Positions 37,648 to 49,710 of a stretch of 64,000 bases of DNA are shown here, one piece after another. The DNA comes from Ylistrum balloti. Lineage: Eukaryota. Below the pieces are notes generated by a model that ran no database searches, was not told where the DNA came from, and was given only the letters and a program-made list of their open reading frames with translations. The translations under genes were made by a program, and so were the position numbers. The first letter of the stretch is position 1, and each line of letters opens with the position of its first letter. The stretch lies in NCBI RefSeq assembly GCF_031769215.1, contig NW_026782303.1, forward strand, positions 372,001 to 436,000, read 5' to 3'.

Positions 37648-38629
37648 GTAAGTGCTGAGTAAATTAGAAACCCAAGTTTGGAATGGACATACCAGATGAA
37701 TTCTGTTCTTTTCTCTAACCCCGGCCTCGAATCTATGTTTATACAGAACCAACTTCCTTACATGTAAATGCTTTGGATTTCGCTTAGCTACAGTGTAATG
37801 CACAGGTAAACAAATAAATGCTGAGTGTTAACGAGGTCCCACTTTAATGAGATGTATGAAACGAGTCCTAGAAAACTAAGTTTTCCGAGCCTTTATGACA
37901 TGGAAACGTATATAAGATTCTGTTTGTCACATAACTTCGATATTTTTGCAGGTATGCATGAAAACAGCATTCCATTTATGACTTGCACCAAATTTAGATT
38001 GACGACAGTCTCAATTAACTCATCGATCTCTGTCTTTTGTGACGACGAAATACATGTGACGTCATAAGCTATGACGCCAAAATGGACATAAAGGAAACCA
38101 CATACCAATCACAACTTCCACAAATCACATCCAATACTCGTGTAACACAACGAGTGTGGTGTGTGTAATTATAGTAATAGCAGGTAGCTATGTGTTTAAA
38201 AGTTTTAACGGGCAGTCAACATCCATTCCTCTTGAAATATTTACAACTACATGGATTAGATTCTTATCTTAGCGAAAAAGGAAAAAACACAAACATGCAA
38301 AGTTGTAATTGCGCGAAAAAAGACTCACAGCAGGAAATGTATGTACAAATGCAATGTAAAAAGTAGCACACAATAGTGAAAAATAAATGTCGAACAACTC
38401 AATGAATTAAAGAAACACACATACTAGCAGCCTTGTTCAACGAATGTGATAATATTCTTACAAGATGAAGTTGCAACATTTGCTGAGTTGTCGTTCTTGA
38501 AGTAAAGCCACCGACCTGCGGCCAGTACCTGGTCACTGCCCCAACGAGACTGTTCATATGGTGGAAGAACATTTTAAATTGGGATAGTTATTATTGTAGA
38601 ATTTTTATTTCTTCGTTAATAAATGTATT

Positions 38630-39556
38630 TAAAGTAAGGTTTGGACTATGTATCTAAAAGTGTTTCTGTAGGGACCAGATATTCTCTCTGCTGCTCCGGA
38701 CTTTCCTTGTAATTACAATCGCTTTGCATCATCCATGTTACCTGTGATGGGAATCATTTGTAAGTAACTCCCAGAATAGCCAGACGATGTGATATCAACA
38801 AGTTTTAAGCTTCGCACATGGGGATAATAAAATCACCATGCCTGGGATACAATATTGTTTTAGCTACCGATTTCTTGTAGGACCCCCAGTCAAATACATG
38901 TTCGGAGTAAAAGATAAACCGATTTCGAACCCATACTGGCAACATATTCTATCACTCCAGAATTTCCAGCAACTGCTACCTCTTTCCCGGGAGCTGAAAA
39001 AAACCCTTCGGGACCGGATATTTTATGACGTTGAATTCTACTGACTATTAAGTGGCCAACTAGATTGGACAAGTTGTGGAGTTGGTAGGGGTACGCTGAA
39101 AGATAATGCATTAAATTTCATAATATCTTGGGTTGCTGTTTCTTTGTAAGGCTCTAAACCTTTTGTTTTCATGTAGCCCATCCCTTCTTCCTGCTCCACT
39201 ACACCAGCCCCAAATATTGAGAGTTTCTTTCTCCCAGAGAATATCTTCGAATCGCCTGTCTTTTTTCTCGCTGGCTGGCTTCGTCATAACCTTTCTTCCA
39301 GAGAACAGGGCGTTCTATATATGGACACAGATTCTGGATTGCATTAACCGTAACACAATTCCTGAAAGTTGCCTCCACAACATCTGGGAAGACTAACTTC
39401 TGGTCCATGTCTTCTGTCATCTTCCATGATTGTACATGCTTCAGGATGGAGGATAAAATATCATAGGTTGATGTAGATCTCTCTGGAAGAACGACAGAAC
39501 AACCTATTGGAATTTCGTAGATGATAACTACCACACGGAGTAGCATATATGGTAAT
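38630..39556 (-). pseudogene. Decayed coding-like sequence of unidentified origin
   Basis: Higher GC than its flanks, with protein-like stretches in shifting minus-strand frames, including a 115-codon ORF at 39546-39199. Family not recognised. Confidence 0.3.
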
Positions 39557-40615
39557 ACCAGCCGACAACATATAGTGTGTATATATTATAGTCACACCAG
39601 CTGAAAACATATAGTGTGTATATATTGTAGTTACACCAGCTGACAACATATAGTGTGTATATATTGTAGTTACACCAGCTGACAACATATAGTGTGTATA
39701 TATTATAGTTACACCAGCTGACAACATATAGTGTGTATATATTGTAGTTACACCAGCAGACAACATATAGCGTGTATATATTATAGTCACACCAGCTCAC
39801 AAGATATAGTGTGTATATATTATAGTCACACCAGCAGACAACATATAGTGTGTATATATTATAGTCACACCAGCTGACAACATATAGTGTGTATATATTG
39901 TAGTTACACCAGCTGACAACATATAGTGTGTATATATTGTAGTTACACCAGCTGACAACATATAGTGTGTATATATTGTAGTTACACCAGCAGACAACAT
40001 ATAGTGTGTATATATTAAAGTTACACCAGCAGACAACATATAGTGTGTATATATTAAAGTTACACCAGCAGACAACATATAGTGTGTATATATTAAAGTT
40101 ACACCAGCAGACAACATATAGTGTGCATATATTAAAGTTACACCAGCAGACAACATATAGTGTGTATATATTGTAGTTACACCAGCTGACAACATATAGT
40201 GTGTATATATTAAAGTTATACCAGCAGACAACATATAGTGTGTATATATTAAAGTTACACCAGCTGACAACATATAGTGTGTATATATTATGGTGATGTC
40301 AGCTGACAACATATAGTGTGTATATATTGTAGTTACACCAGCTGACAACATATAGTGTGTATATGTTATAGTTACACCAGATGACAAGATATAGTGTGTA
40401 TATATTATAGTTACACCAGATGACAATATATAGTGTGTTTATATTATAGTTACACCAGCTGACAACATATAGTGTGTATATATTATAGTTACACCAGATG
40501 ACAATATATAGTGTGTATATATTACAGTTACCCCAGTTGACAACATATAGTGTGTTTATATTATAGTTACACCAGTTGACAACATATAGTGTGTTTAGAT
40601 TATAGTTACACCAGC
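39557..40615. repeat. 39-bp minisatellite, array 1 (~27 copies)
   Basis: Unit ATATAGTGTGTATATATTATAGTTACACCAGCTGACAAC. Gives (MLSAGVTIIYTHY)n on the minus strand. Confidence 0.97.
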
Positions 40616-40625
40616 AGGGTATATT

Positions 40626-41081
40626 GAAATATAATGCATCACATTTCATATCTTGGGTTGCTGTTTCTTTGTAAGGCTCTAAATCTTTTGTTTTCATTTA
40701 GCCCATCCCTTCTTCCTGCTCCACTACACCAGCCCCAAATATTGAGAGTTTCTTTCTCCCAGAGGGTATCTTCGAAACGCCTGTCTTTTTTCTCGCTGGC
40801 TGGCTTCGTCATAACCTTTCTTCCAGAGAACAGGGCGTTCTATATATGGACACAGATTCTGGATTGCATTAACCGTAACACAATTCCTGAAAATTGTCTC
40901 CACAACATCTGGGAAGACTAACTTCTGGTCCATGTCTTCTGTCATCTTCCATGATTGTACATGCTTCAGGATGGAGGATAAAATATCATAGGTTGATGTA
41001 GATCTCTTTGGAAAAACGACAGAACAACCTATTGGAATTTCGTAGATGATGACTACCACACGGAGTAGCATATATGGTAAT
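40626..41081. repeat. ~455-bp duplicate of 39098-39556
   Basis: About 11 substitutions in ~445 aligned bp (hand count, ~97.5% identity), offset 1525 bp. Confidence 0.95.
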
Positions 41082-41733
41082 ACCAGCTGACAACATATAG
41101 TGTGTATATATTATAGTCACACCAGCTGAAAACATATAGTGTGTATATATTGTAGTTACACCAGCAGACAACATATAGTGTGCATATATTATAGTCACAC
41201 CAGCTGACAACATATAGTGTGTATATGTTATAGTTACACCAGATGACAAGATATAGTGTGTATATGTTACAGTTACACCAGCTGACAAGATATAGTGTGT
41301 ATATATTATAGTTACACCAGCTGACAACATATAGTGTGTATATGTTATAGTTACACAAGATGACAAGATATAGTGTGTATATGTTACAGTTACACCAGCT
41401 GACAACATATAGTGTGTATATATTATAGTGATGTCAGCTGACAAGATATAGTGTGTATATATTGTAGTTATACCAGCTGACAACATATAGTGTGTATATA
41501 TTATAGTCACACCAGCTGACAAGATATAGTGTGTACATATAGTGTGTATATATTATAGTGATGTCAGCTGACAACATATAGTGTGTATATATTGTAGTTA
41601 CACCAGCTGACAACATATAGTGTGTATATATTATAGTTACACCAGCTGACAACATATAGTGTGTATATATTGTAGTCACACCAGCTGACAAGATATAGTG
41701 TGTATATATTATAGTGATGTCAGTTGACAATAT
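41082..41733. repeat. 39-bp minisatellite, array 2 (~16 copies)
   Basis: Same unit as 39557-40615, starting at the same junction sequence (GGTAATACCAGC). Confidence 0.97.
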
Positions 41734-42356
41734 GTATATATTTATCTGACCATGCCAGCATCTTTTCTAAATTTGATATTCACATATATGGACCATTTCA
41801 TTGTTCTTTTTCTACCCCTAGCGAACAAGTTTGGGGTACATACATGTAGAATAATCTTGTTTGTCTGTCCATATGTCCGGAATAATCTTGGCACACGTAT
41901 AGCACAGGAAAGATACAATGTATAAATCAAGTATACTGTACAATACTAAAACGTAAATGATGCAAGCAGATTGGGTAGGAATTTTCGAATTTAAACCATC
42001 TCGGTAGTTTGAAACGGAAACCCATGATAATTTACAAATACCAGAAATGCCTTAATAGTTTCCATGGGGACGAAATGCACGTCTAATAGTGCCTTACGCA
42101 GTGTCCTCATAAAAAGGTTGCTCAAAAGAATTACCATTTTAAGAAAACAACTTTTAATGTAAATGCCATCCAAACTTAAAAAACTGAATATGGTATAGCG
42201 GAAATATAAACACATAAAATTCTCTTTCAAATATATCTCATAGTTCACAAATAAAAAAAAAACAGCTGTAAAAGAGGCTCTGGAATGTCCATATGAGTAA
42301 ATACATTAACATGAAACAAAACGGACAAATAAGTTTTTGTCATCAACAAATATAAA

Positions 42357-43496
42357 TTATATCAAAGGTTTACCAAGTCCATTCTTTTTCAAAAGTATAT
42401 GACATTGCCATGCATTTTTTAAATCAGACGGACGATAGCCATGGGCTGTGAGAGTGTTCCAGAATTCATCGTTCCAGTATTCCACCTTTCCAGTGTAAAA
42501 AAGATTATTGCTTAGAGGCACAACACCCAATTTATTGGCAACTATTGCCAAGAACACATCATCAAAAATAATATGTTTAGTATACTGACTTGCAATTATA
42601 AAATCCATTACGAATTTCATTGACATCACTATACTTCCGGCGCTGACAAATGGCGGATAAATCTTATATGGGTAATCTGTAGTCGATATATACCACTTAC
42701 TACTTTTTGTTCTGAACGGAAATGACCTCGGATTAACCCATCCCATGTACAGAGATTCATTACAACTTCCGGTTATTTCCAGTTGCTGTAGTAACAGGTC
42801 TGTTGCTACGTAATAATCGTCATCAGCCAACAAGACATAATCACTTTCCTGACATGAATATCCGGCCCACAGCAAAGCGCCGCGTGTTTTCCAAGTGTTC
42901 ATATAGTAACTATCTTCATAATCTATTTGAAGAATATCTCCATGTGTCTTAATTTCTTGTTCAACATCTTTATAAAACGTTTTTGTCCTCGCTAATACGA
43001 ACACTCGCTTTATCCCGAAAATACGTTCCTCGTTTCCCCAGGTGTCACGAAGAGTTTGTCGAGATTTTCTATTTTCAGGAGATGATTTAATAACAAGCAA
43101 TAACTTTGTACTTTTTGTACACCTCACTTCCGGTTTTGTTAAAAACCGATATGGATATTCATTGATCTTTTGAAGTGATGCGTTCTGTGATCCTTCTCGA
43201 TACTCTCTCACTAGCTTCATCATATCGATATCCAGTGGGTATGAAGTGTAATTTGTGTTGTTAAAGAAAGGTGTCGCTACTGTCCCGTGCTGTTTGATGC
43301 CCATCCGTAACTCCGACAGCCATCTTGGATTTTCTAATGAGTACAAGTTCGAGTCATTCCCCCACCATTCCTTGGCTGCTATACATCCATTATGCTGACG
43401 ATTTGGTCCTATATTTAGATAATACAGAGTTAAAATCAAAACTGATATTATAGAAAGTAACGCAAATGAGGCTAAAACACGCTTTGGAAAATTCAT
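42357..43496 (-). CDS. GT31 beta-1,3-glycosyltransferase, brainiac/BRE-5-like, 379 aa, intronless CDS
   Basis: Type II N-terminal TM helix; motifs LLVIKSS..RQTLRDTWG, DILQ.DY.DSY.MNTWKT, DDDYYV, SKWYIS..YP..PPFVSAG, FDDVFLAIVANKLG. Candidate 5'UTR intron 43857-43511 (GTAAGT...CTCACAG). Confidence 0.93.
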   Translation of the reverse strand: MNFPKRVLASFALLSIISVLILTLYYLNIGPNRQHNGCIAAKEWWGNDSNLYSLENPRWLSELRMGIKQHGTVATPFFNNTNYTSYPLDIDMMKLVREYREGSQNASLQKINEYPYRFLTKPEVRCTKSTKLLLVIKSSPENRKSRQTLRDTWGNEERIFGIKRVFVLARTKTFYKDVEQEIKTHGDILQIDYEDSYYMNTWKTRGALLWAGYSCQESDYVLLADDDYYVATDLLLQQLEITGSCNESLYMGWVNPRSFPFRTKSSKWYISTTDYPYKIYPPFVSAGSIVMSMKFVMDFIIASQYTKHIIFDDVFLAIVANKLGVVPLSNNLFYTGKVEYWNDEFWNTLTAHGYRPSDLKNAWQCHILLKKNGLGKPLI

Positions 43497-44465
43497 CCTG
43501 TTGTCAAGTCCTGTGAGTGAACTATGTCTCGTCCTGTATGACCAGTGCTTAGTCAGTGAGGAGATAACGAAACTGATAATTTATAAACAGATAACCACAT
43601 GTTCTCGTTGTAGTGAAGTTGGCGAAACGCCACTGATAAAGCATGGAGTATGTAGCCTCTAGGTAAACAGGGAAACGCTTTAGAATCACTTATCATATAC
43701 CGACTTGACAAATAGGATGTAAATAACGGGGCTTGTATTTAATTTAAAAAAATATTTTTGTGTCTACACATGCAATGTTCAACGTATCAAGTCAATTCTG
43801 TGATGAATGACGTGTTATCTCCCAAGGACCTGGTATTCCATGTGTCGCACCACTTACCGTTTAAAAGGTCCAATTTTGTACGCAAGTGCAGGGATAAGCA
43901 TACGGACTATATCGACGGACCGGCAGCTATTATGCTGTTGTGATTCTACATAGACGGTAAAACACACTTAATGCTTTGTCAACAGGTCTGTAGATATAAT
44001 GTAGATGTAGCTAATGCCTATTTCACATTCTTCTCATTAAAGTTTGCGAATTTGGAACCTAATATCAGCGCGAACGTCCTTGTATTGGAGCAAGAAAAAA
44101 ATTCAGGAATGATGACAATAATCCATTTAAACAAGACAATGCTATATACTAACAAACACAGATTTTCTTGTGTATAGGCTGGATTGCAATTAAATCATAC
44201 GAACTTAGGCTGTTACAGATAACTGTGACAGAATACACATGTATACCACAGAAATTAACTGTTATTTTAAAATACTAAATTAAAAAAGTGCCGAGGAAAT
44301 AGCCATACCGTAGTCTCCGATGACCAAGATATTACGTATAAACATATACATATCAGCTTATCAAGGCCACTTTATGTATGACTGGGTTAATCATTTATAT
44401 AAACTTTATTTATTTTACAACAATTGCGAAACAAATTATTTCTACTTATACTAATCACACTTGTT

Positions 44466-44625
44466 GGCCCGGATGTAAGCAAGCGAGGGGTCTTATAGTG
44501 GGAGGAAACCGGAGTACCCGTGGAAAACCCACGTGGTCGGGCAGGTGACCCCTAACCTTTTCACGTCCGTTCCGGGAATCGAACCCCGGTCGGCTAGGTG
44601 AAAGGCGAGTGCACCCGACCACCCT
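44466..44625 (-). mobile_element. tRNA-derived SINE with V-domain-like core
   Basis: Minus strand has the B box GGTTCGATTCCC followed by GTGGGTTTTCCACGGGTACTCCGGTTTCCTCCCAC, the conserved V-SINE core motif. Confidence 0.8.
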
Positions 44626-44676
44626 TTTAATCATTTAATGACAACTCGGCTAAAATCGATACAAATTGCAAACAGA

Positions 44677-44793
44677 TATCAAAATAAAGAGAGAAAGCTG
44701 TCTCATTGTGTTGTGGTATCAAAATAAAGAGAGAAAGCTGTCTCATTGTGTCGTGGTATCAAAATAAAGAGAGAAAGCTGTCTTATTGTGTTG
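44677..44793. repeat. 40-bp tandem repeat, 3 copies
   Basis: ATCAAAATAAAGAGAGAAAGCTGTCTCATTGTGTTGTGGT at 44678, 44718 and 44758. Confidence 0.9.
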
Positions 44794-45989
44794 TTTTATC
44801 GCGAGACAAAAACTTCTCTGTATTATTTCTCGTTTGATCTGAAAACGCTAAAACATGAAACTCATTGCAAACTTTATTCACTTTTTAAAAAAACTGTCTT
44901 TGTCCTTATTTAACAAGTAGCGTACATCTAGCCAAGAAACAATTATCAGCCAAAGTTGACGCCGAGAAAAGTGAGGAGCATTTTGAACCCCGTCTATTTC
45001 TTTTTGAGTGTGATAATGTACGCCATGTTATCAAATTACAAGCAGGAAATAATAAAATGTCCCTGATAGTAGTATTTCATACTAATGTACATTTCATTTT
45101 GTAAATTGATATATCATATCATATATCATGTCATTAAATATGATATTTAAAACTTAACTTTTTTAAAATAAAACATTGATCTTTTGATCTAAAATCTAAA
45201 ATTTCAAAGAAGAAAAGAATCTAAGCTGTCTTTGAACTATTTCTAATTCATTGTATTGGTGCACGTGATTCATTCACAACAGAACATTTTGGTCATTAGG
45301 TTAAATCAAAACATTTCCGAATGCCCATAATGGTATATATTTATTGCAAATGCCTTGCTACATTGACTTACTAGTTCTGTTTAAATCGACTGTGTGCCGA
45401 TCGAATAAGCGATACCCAGCCAGCTATTGTCAGTGATTGTTAAACGTTTGTGGACAGCGTTGTCAACTTAACACAATTTAACTAACATCTTTAACGCATT
45501 TTTCCTCCTTTGACTGATTCTGCTGAACTGTGTAGCACAGGAATATTCTTAATTAAGGGGAAATCTACATATTATGAATCACAGCTAATGCATTAACAAC
45601 GATGATTGAATTCGAGATAGTTTGGTAAGCTAGCTCCGCCTTATCAATTATAAAAGACTTTGGTGTTTTAACTACCTTAAAAAGATATTGTAATCGAAGC
45701 CATGCATTTGTGGGTATTTGCTACTCGGCCACGAAGTGTTTTCAAGGTACACGGTGAGAGATTTTAAAAGTATAGTACAGAAATCTCTTTTGTAATCGTC
45801 GATGTTTAACTAAGATAATTCTAACGATGAACAAAGCCTACAAGACACACTGATTAAATGTGGCGTGTATCTACACAACGACTGAATTCTTCTAGAACCA
45901 AATGAGTATGTAAACAGCATGCTTTGTAAGCACAAGTTAATGGACGAACAGTACTTGTTAATTACGTGTGACCTCACTTTTAAGTGACC

Positions 45990-47180
45990 ATGGCCGTTTC
46001 CGGTCGAGGTATAGTAATATTTGGACTATTTACAGCAACTATTTATATTTTAATATACGTTTACGTCATGTTTAAACAAAGACGGGACACATCTGATCCA
46101 AGATGTATTGCAAAAGGACTTGCAACATTGAATGAATTAAATAATATGAAGAATTTTTCACTTCATGACCAGTCGGATTACATCTACTCGGAAGAAAATA
46201 TATCATGGCGTGAAGTTTTGATAGAAAGCTTGTACCGTCCTAGCAAGGAACATTCAAATTTGTTCAACGACACTTACCCATTAAATGTGAATATGAGAGA
46301 ATTGATAAACACATACAAAAGCGGTAAGTACGTCGGGCCCCTTAAGATTAATAAGTATCCTTTTGATTTTGTACGGAAACCTACCAATCTGTGTGAAAAG
46401 GGACAAAAAGTGTTTCTTTTATTCCTCATTAAATCTGCCTTGCGCCATTTTGATAGACGACAAACGATTCGCCAGACTTGGGCTAATCCTGAACTTTGTA
46501 AGAGATTCGGAATTCGGAGACTGTTCCTAACAGGGATAATGCGGGGCCAGAATCGTTATCACGAATACCTAAGGAACGAGATATTAAATTATAATGATAC
46601 TCTTCAAATAAACTTTTTCGATATGTACTACAATAACACATGGAAAACACGTGGTGGAATTCAATGGGCTGTCCAAGAGTGCATTCAAGCGGAATATGTA
46701 ATGGTTGTGGATGACGATTTCTATGTTGCTTCAGATCTTCTTGTCCAACTCTTAAACATGGCGGGCAAATCTCAAAATTTCTACATGGGCTGGCTGAACA
46801 GGAACCCAGTGCCTGTCCGGAACATGCGAGATAAATGGTTTGTTTCCAAACGAGATTTCCCCTATCTTGTTTATCCCGAATTTATAAGCGCTGGAGCAAT
46901 TGTTATGTCAATGGATTTCGCGGTTGACCTGCATATTGCTAGTCAATACACCAGCCACTTCAAATTTGACGATGTGTTCGTTGGAATTGTGGCTTCAAAA
47001 CTCAGGGTAAGTCCTGTTGATTGTAGTCTCTTCTCTATGGCCAAAGTCTGGTTCACGGCTGACCGATTCTGGAAAACGCTTGTATCCCATGAGTACAAAC
47101 CCAAGGAAATGCTGCAAGCATGGAAATGTCATGTGCTTATTAGTAACCACGGACTTGACAGCAGCGTCGACACGGTGTAG
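45990..47180 (+). CDS. GT31 beta-1,3-glycosyltransferase, brainiac/BRE-5-like, 396 aa, intronless CDS
   Basis: First ATG at 45990; TM helix; motifs FLIKSA..RRQTIRQTW, DTLQINFFDMYYNNTWKT, VDDDFYV, KWFVS..FP..YPEFISAG, FDDVFVGIVASKL. Confidence 0.93.
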   Translation: MAVSGRGIVIFGLFTATIYILIYVYVMFKQRRDTSDPRCIAKGLATLNELNNMKNFSLHDQSDYIYSEENISWREVLIESLYRPSKEHSNLFNDTYPLNVNMRELINTYKSGKYVGPLKINKYPFDFVRKPTNLCEKGQKVFLLFLIKSALRHFDRRQTIRQTWANPELCKRFGIRRLFLTGIMRGQNRYHEYLRNEILNYNDTLQINFFDMYYNNTWKTRGGIQWAVQECIQAEYVMVVDDDFYVASDLLVQLLNMAGKSQNFYMGWLNRNPVPVRNMRDKWFVSKRDFPYLVYPEFISAGAIVMSMDFAVDLHIASQYTSHFKFDDVFVGIVASKLRVSPVDCSLFSMAKVWFTADRFWKTLVSHEYKPKEMLQAWKCHVLISNHGLDSSVDTV

Positions 47181-48198
47181 CTTGTGTTAAGTATAGTCTA
47201 TCTTATCCCAATCAGAATCTTTTAAAGCTTTGATCTGTGTTTATCTGGCAAGTCAAATCGGGAATTACGAAATGTACAGGAAATAAGACCCCCTTTTTTA
47301 GTATGCTAGTGTAGACCTTTTTCCGACACGGACAAGTCATGAAAAGAACATATGTTAATGGAAAACAATCGGCTTTGTCACATGATATTAAAACTATTGC
47401 CATACACAACTTTAAAAAATGAGATAATATCCTTTCAAATACCGAACAGCGCCCTGTTATAATAACCCTAATCGATGTCCAAAATCAACCAGGCATGACT
47501 TCGAGAAAAATCACCTGCAATACACTTTATAAACAGAAATTGAAATTCCAATTATGCAACTCTCGTCACAAGTGGAGAGTAGAGTGCACTCGCGAAGTTT
47601 ATTGATGGGAAACACAATATACAAGATATTACAAACAAGAATTCATATTTTGTGTCATATATCTCGGTATACAAATATTAGCTTTGTTGAGGTATTATTA
47701 AGACAGAGAAATGTATGAAATAAAACAATGTATATATGACAGTATGTAGAAACCAAACAAGATCTATACAAAAAGCAAAATTGATATCACAGCATGCACT
47801 GATTTGTTAAATTAGCACGTGCAGGACGATGTATAAAGGCATGGTTATGATAGTTGTACCAAAATAAAAAACGACAAATAATGATTCAGTATTTACATCA
47901 AAGCCAATGTCATAGAAGTTTAAAATACATCACTAGTTAAGGTGACAAACGGTAACGGTGTTGTGACTAGCAATGAGTAACTTACCAAGCTTATACAATA
48001 CAGACAATAACACCAAACAAACAAACTTTTAATTTGACACTTTTAAATGATGTTTTTCTCTTTAAGAATATTGGATACCATGATTTTAAATTGTGTTACA
48101 TTATGTCATGGTTTATCAGGAATCTGAAATAAAATGTGTTGTGTTATCATTATTTTTTTGTAGCATATGATAATAAGATAAGTATGGATGTATAATTT

Positions 48199-48201
<3 letters not shown>

Positions 48202-48242
<41 letters not shown>
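48202..48242. repeat. (TG)~20 microsatellite
   Basis: Uninterrupted TG run followed by degenerate TG-rich sequence. Confidence 0.97.
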
Positions 48243-48245
<3 letters not shown>

Positions 48246-49139
48246 TAAGGGTGTGGTGTTGCGTGCGTGTGTGTGTTGTGGTGTGGTAAGAGATGTGTTT
48301 ATGTTTATATTGATTGTATTGTCTTATTGTTGTTTATATATATGTATGCCGTCTGTCTTAGACAGTAATTCATCATTCTTGATTTGATATCAATTAAACT
48401 TGAGTGGACTTGCTTGTGCCATGTTCACGATAAACCATGTATCTTGGCATACTATTTTAAAACCTAATAGTAACTTTCAGATTTTGAATTATCACAAAAT
48501 AGTTTAATTCTCATCCTTTTTTGGCTATTGCTACAAATCTTGACGTTCAGTATCATTACCAACATAAGTGTACGTAACCTACAAACTTATACGGTGCGTT
48601 TCTCTTTGTTTCAATAACTGGAGTCTCTTCATTACAGCTTATACACTTTCTTGGTGTTGTTTTTATATATCGTTTAATGTAGAATTTTAAAATCGAATTA
48701 TTCTTTTTTTATACTTTAGATAACAACATTTCAATGTTTTCAAAATTTGCATTAATCAACTATGAAAAACTGTTTTGTTTGAAACACATATAAACATCTA
48801 GGGGAAGAAATTTTATATGAATCGATATATGATTGGCTTCACATTATTGTTGGCGTTCAGAGAACACCCCTCCACACCTTGACAACATCAAAACGAAAAG
48901 GTCTTCTCCATGCATAGCTGCATAAACTCTTTGTAACTGAATGGTTTTCTCCTGTCTCAAATCATAATCAAAATTATTTCTCGTACCTTAAAACTTTGGC
49001 CCCAATCCATTCTAAATTCTTAAAATTTCTTAGATTATATAGATTTAATAGATTATAATTGATTTTCACAGAAAAAAAATCTTAAAATTTCTCTAGCCAC
49101 AGTTTTCTTGCTAATAGCATGCACAACTGTGAGGTCTAA

Positions 49140-49270
49140 CAGTCGATTGGTTGTTGGTTAGAACGTATTAAGCCAGATTATTATAGAAGACCAAGTGTGC
49201 TCAAATTGACCGAAGTGTAGAACACGTGACTGAATTGAGCAAACTAGGAGAAATTCCTTTACCTAACAAC
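49140..49270 (+). mobile_element. Short decayed 3' fragment of a related LINE
   Basis: Translates with frameshifts as IKPDYYRRPSVLKL...VTELSKLG, homologous to YYWKKPSVFKL...FKELTMLSKY of the 33-36 kb element. Confidence 0.55.
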
Positions 49271-49710
49271 AAATCAACCCAATGAAGCCATATTGCTATG
49301 TATCCTTCAGTTTTTACCGTCATGTTTTTATGTTTATGTTTTTAAGTTTCTCAATACATCATTGGTTCTATTATTATCATCACGCCTAAAGGTACCAATA
49401 TATACGTAAGTGATATTTCGTTGCTAGACTACACTGTACACCGATACAATACGCTGTGCTGCTCTTATACATTGTACGATGTTGATAATTATATTAATCA
49501 ATTTTAATGCTAAAATATTATCATGCAAGCATTATATGATAGTCAGTAATTATAGCGAAGGACACTATAAGTATATCATATTACATTGCAGTTATATGGT
49601 TATGATATGGGATGATAACTTTGGAAGTGTTATAATGTTTTTGACAATAATAGTAACCATTATAATGTATGTTTTTGTATTTATCTAAAATAGAACATTA
49701 TAGCAATAAC

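Noticed and set aside
39199-39546. REKRQAIRR resembling the GT31 RRQ.IR.TW motif, i.e. a third GT31 pseudogene
   Set aside because: The preceding hydrophobic LLxxIKS strand, the TWG and all downstream GT31 motifs are absent, so the similarity is too short to accept.
39557-41733. 39-bp and 38-bp (53.4 kb) arrays as CRISPR-like loci
   Set aside because: Head-to-tail units without unique spacers, no cas genes, and a eukaryotic context.
45984-45989. GTG start given by the ORF track for the + strand GT31 gene
   Set aside because: An in-frame ATG in good context (ACCATGG) follows at 45990.
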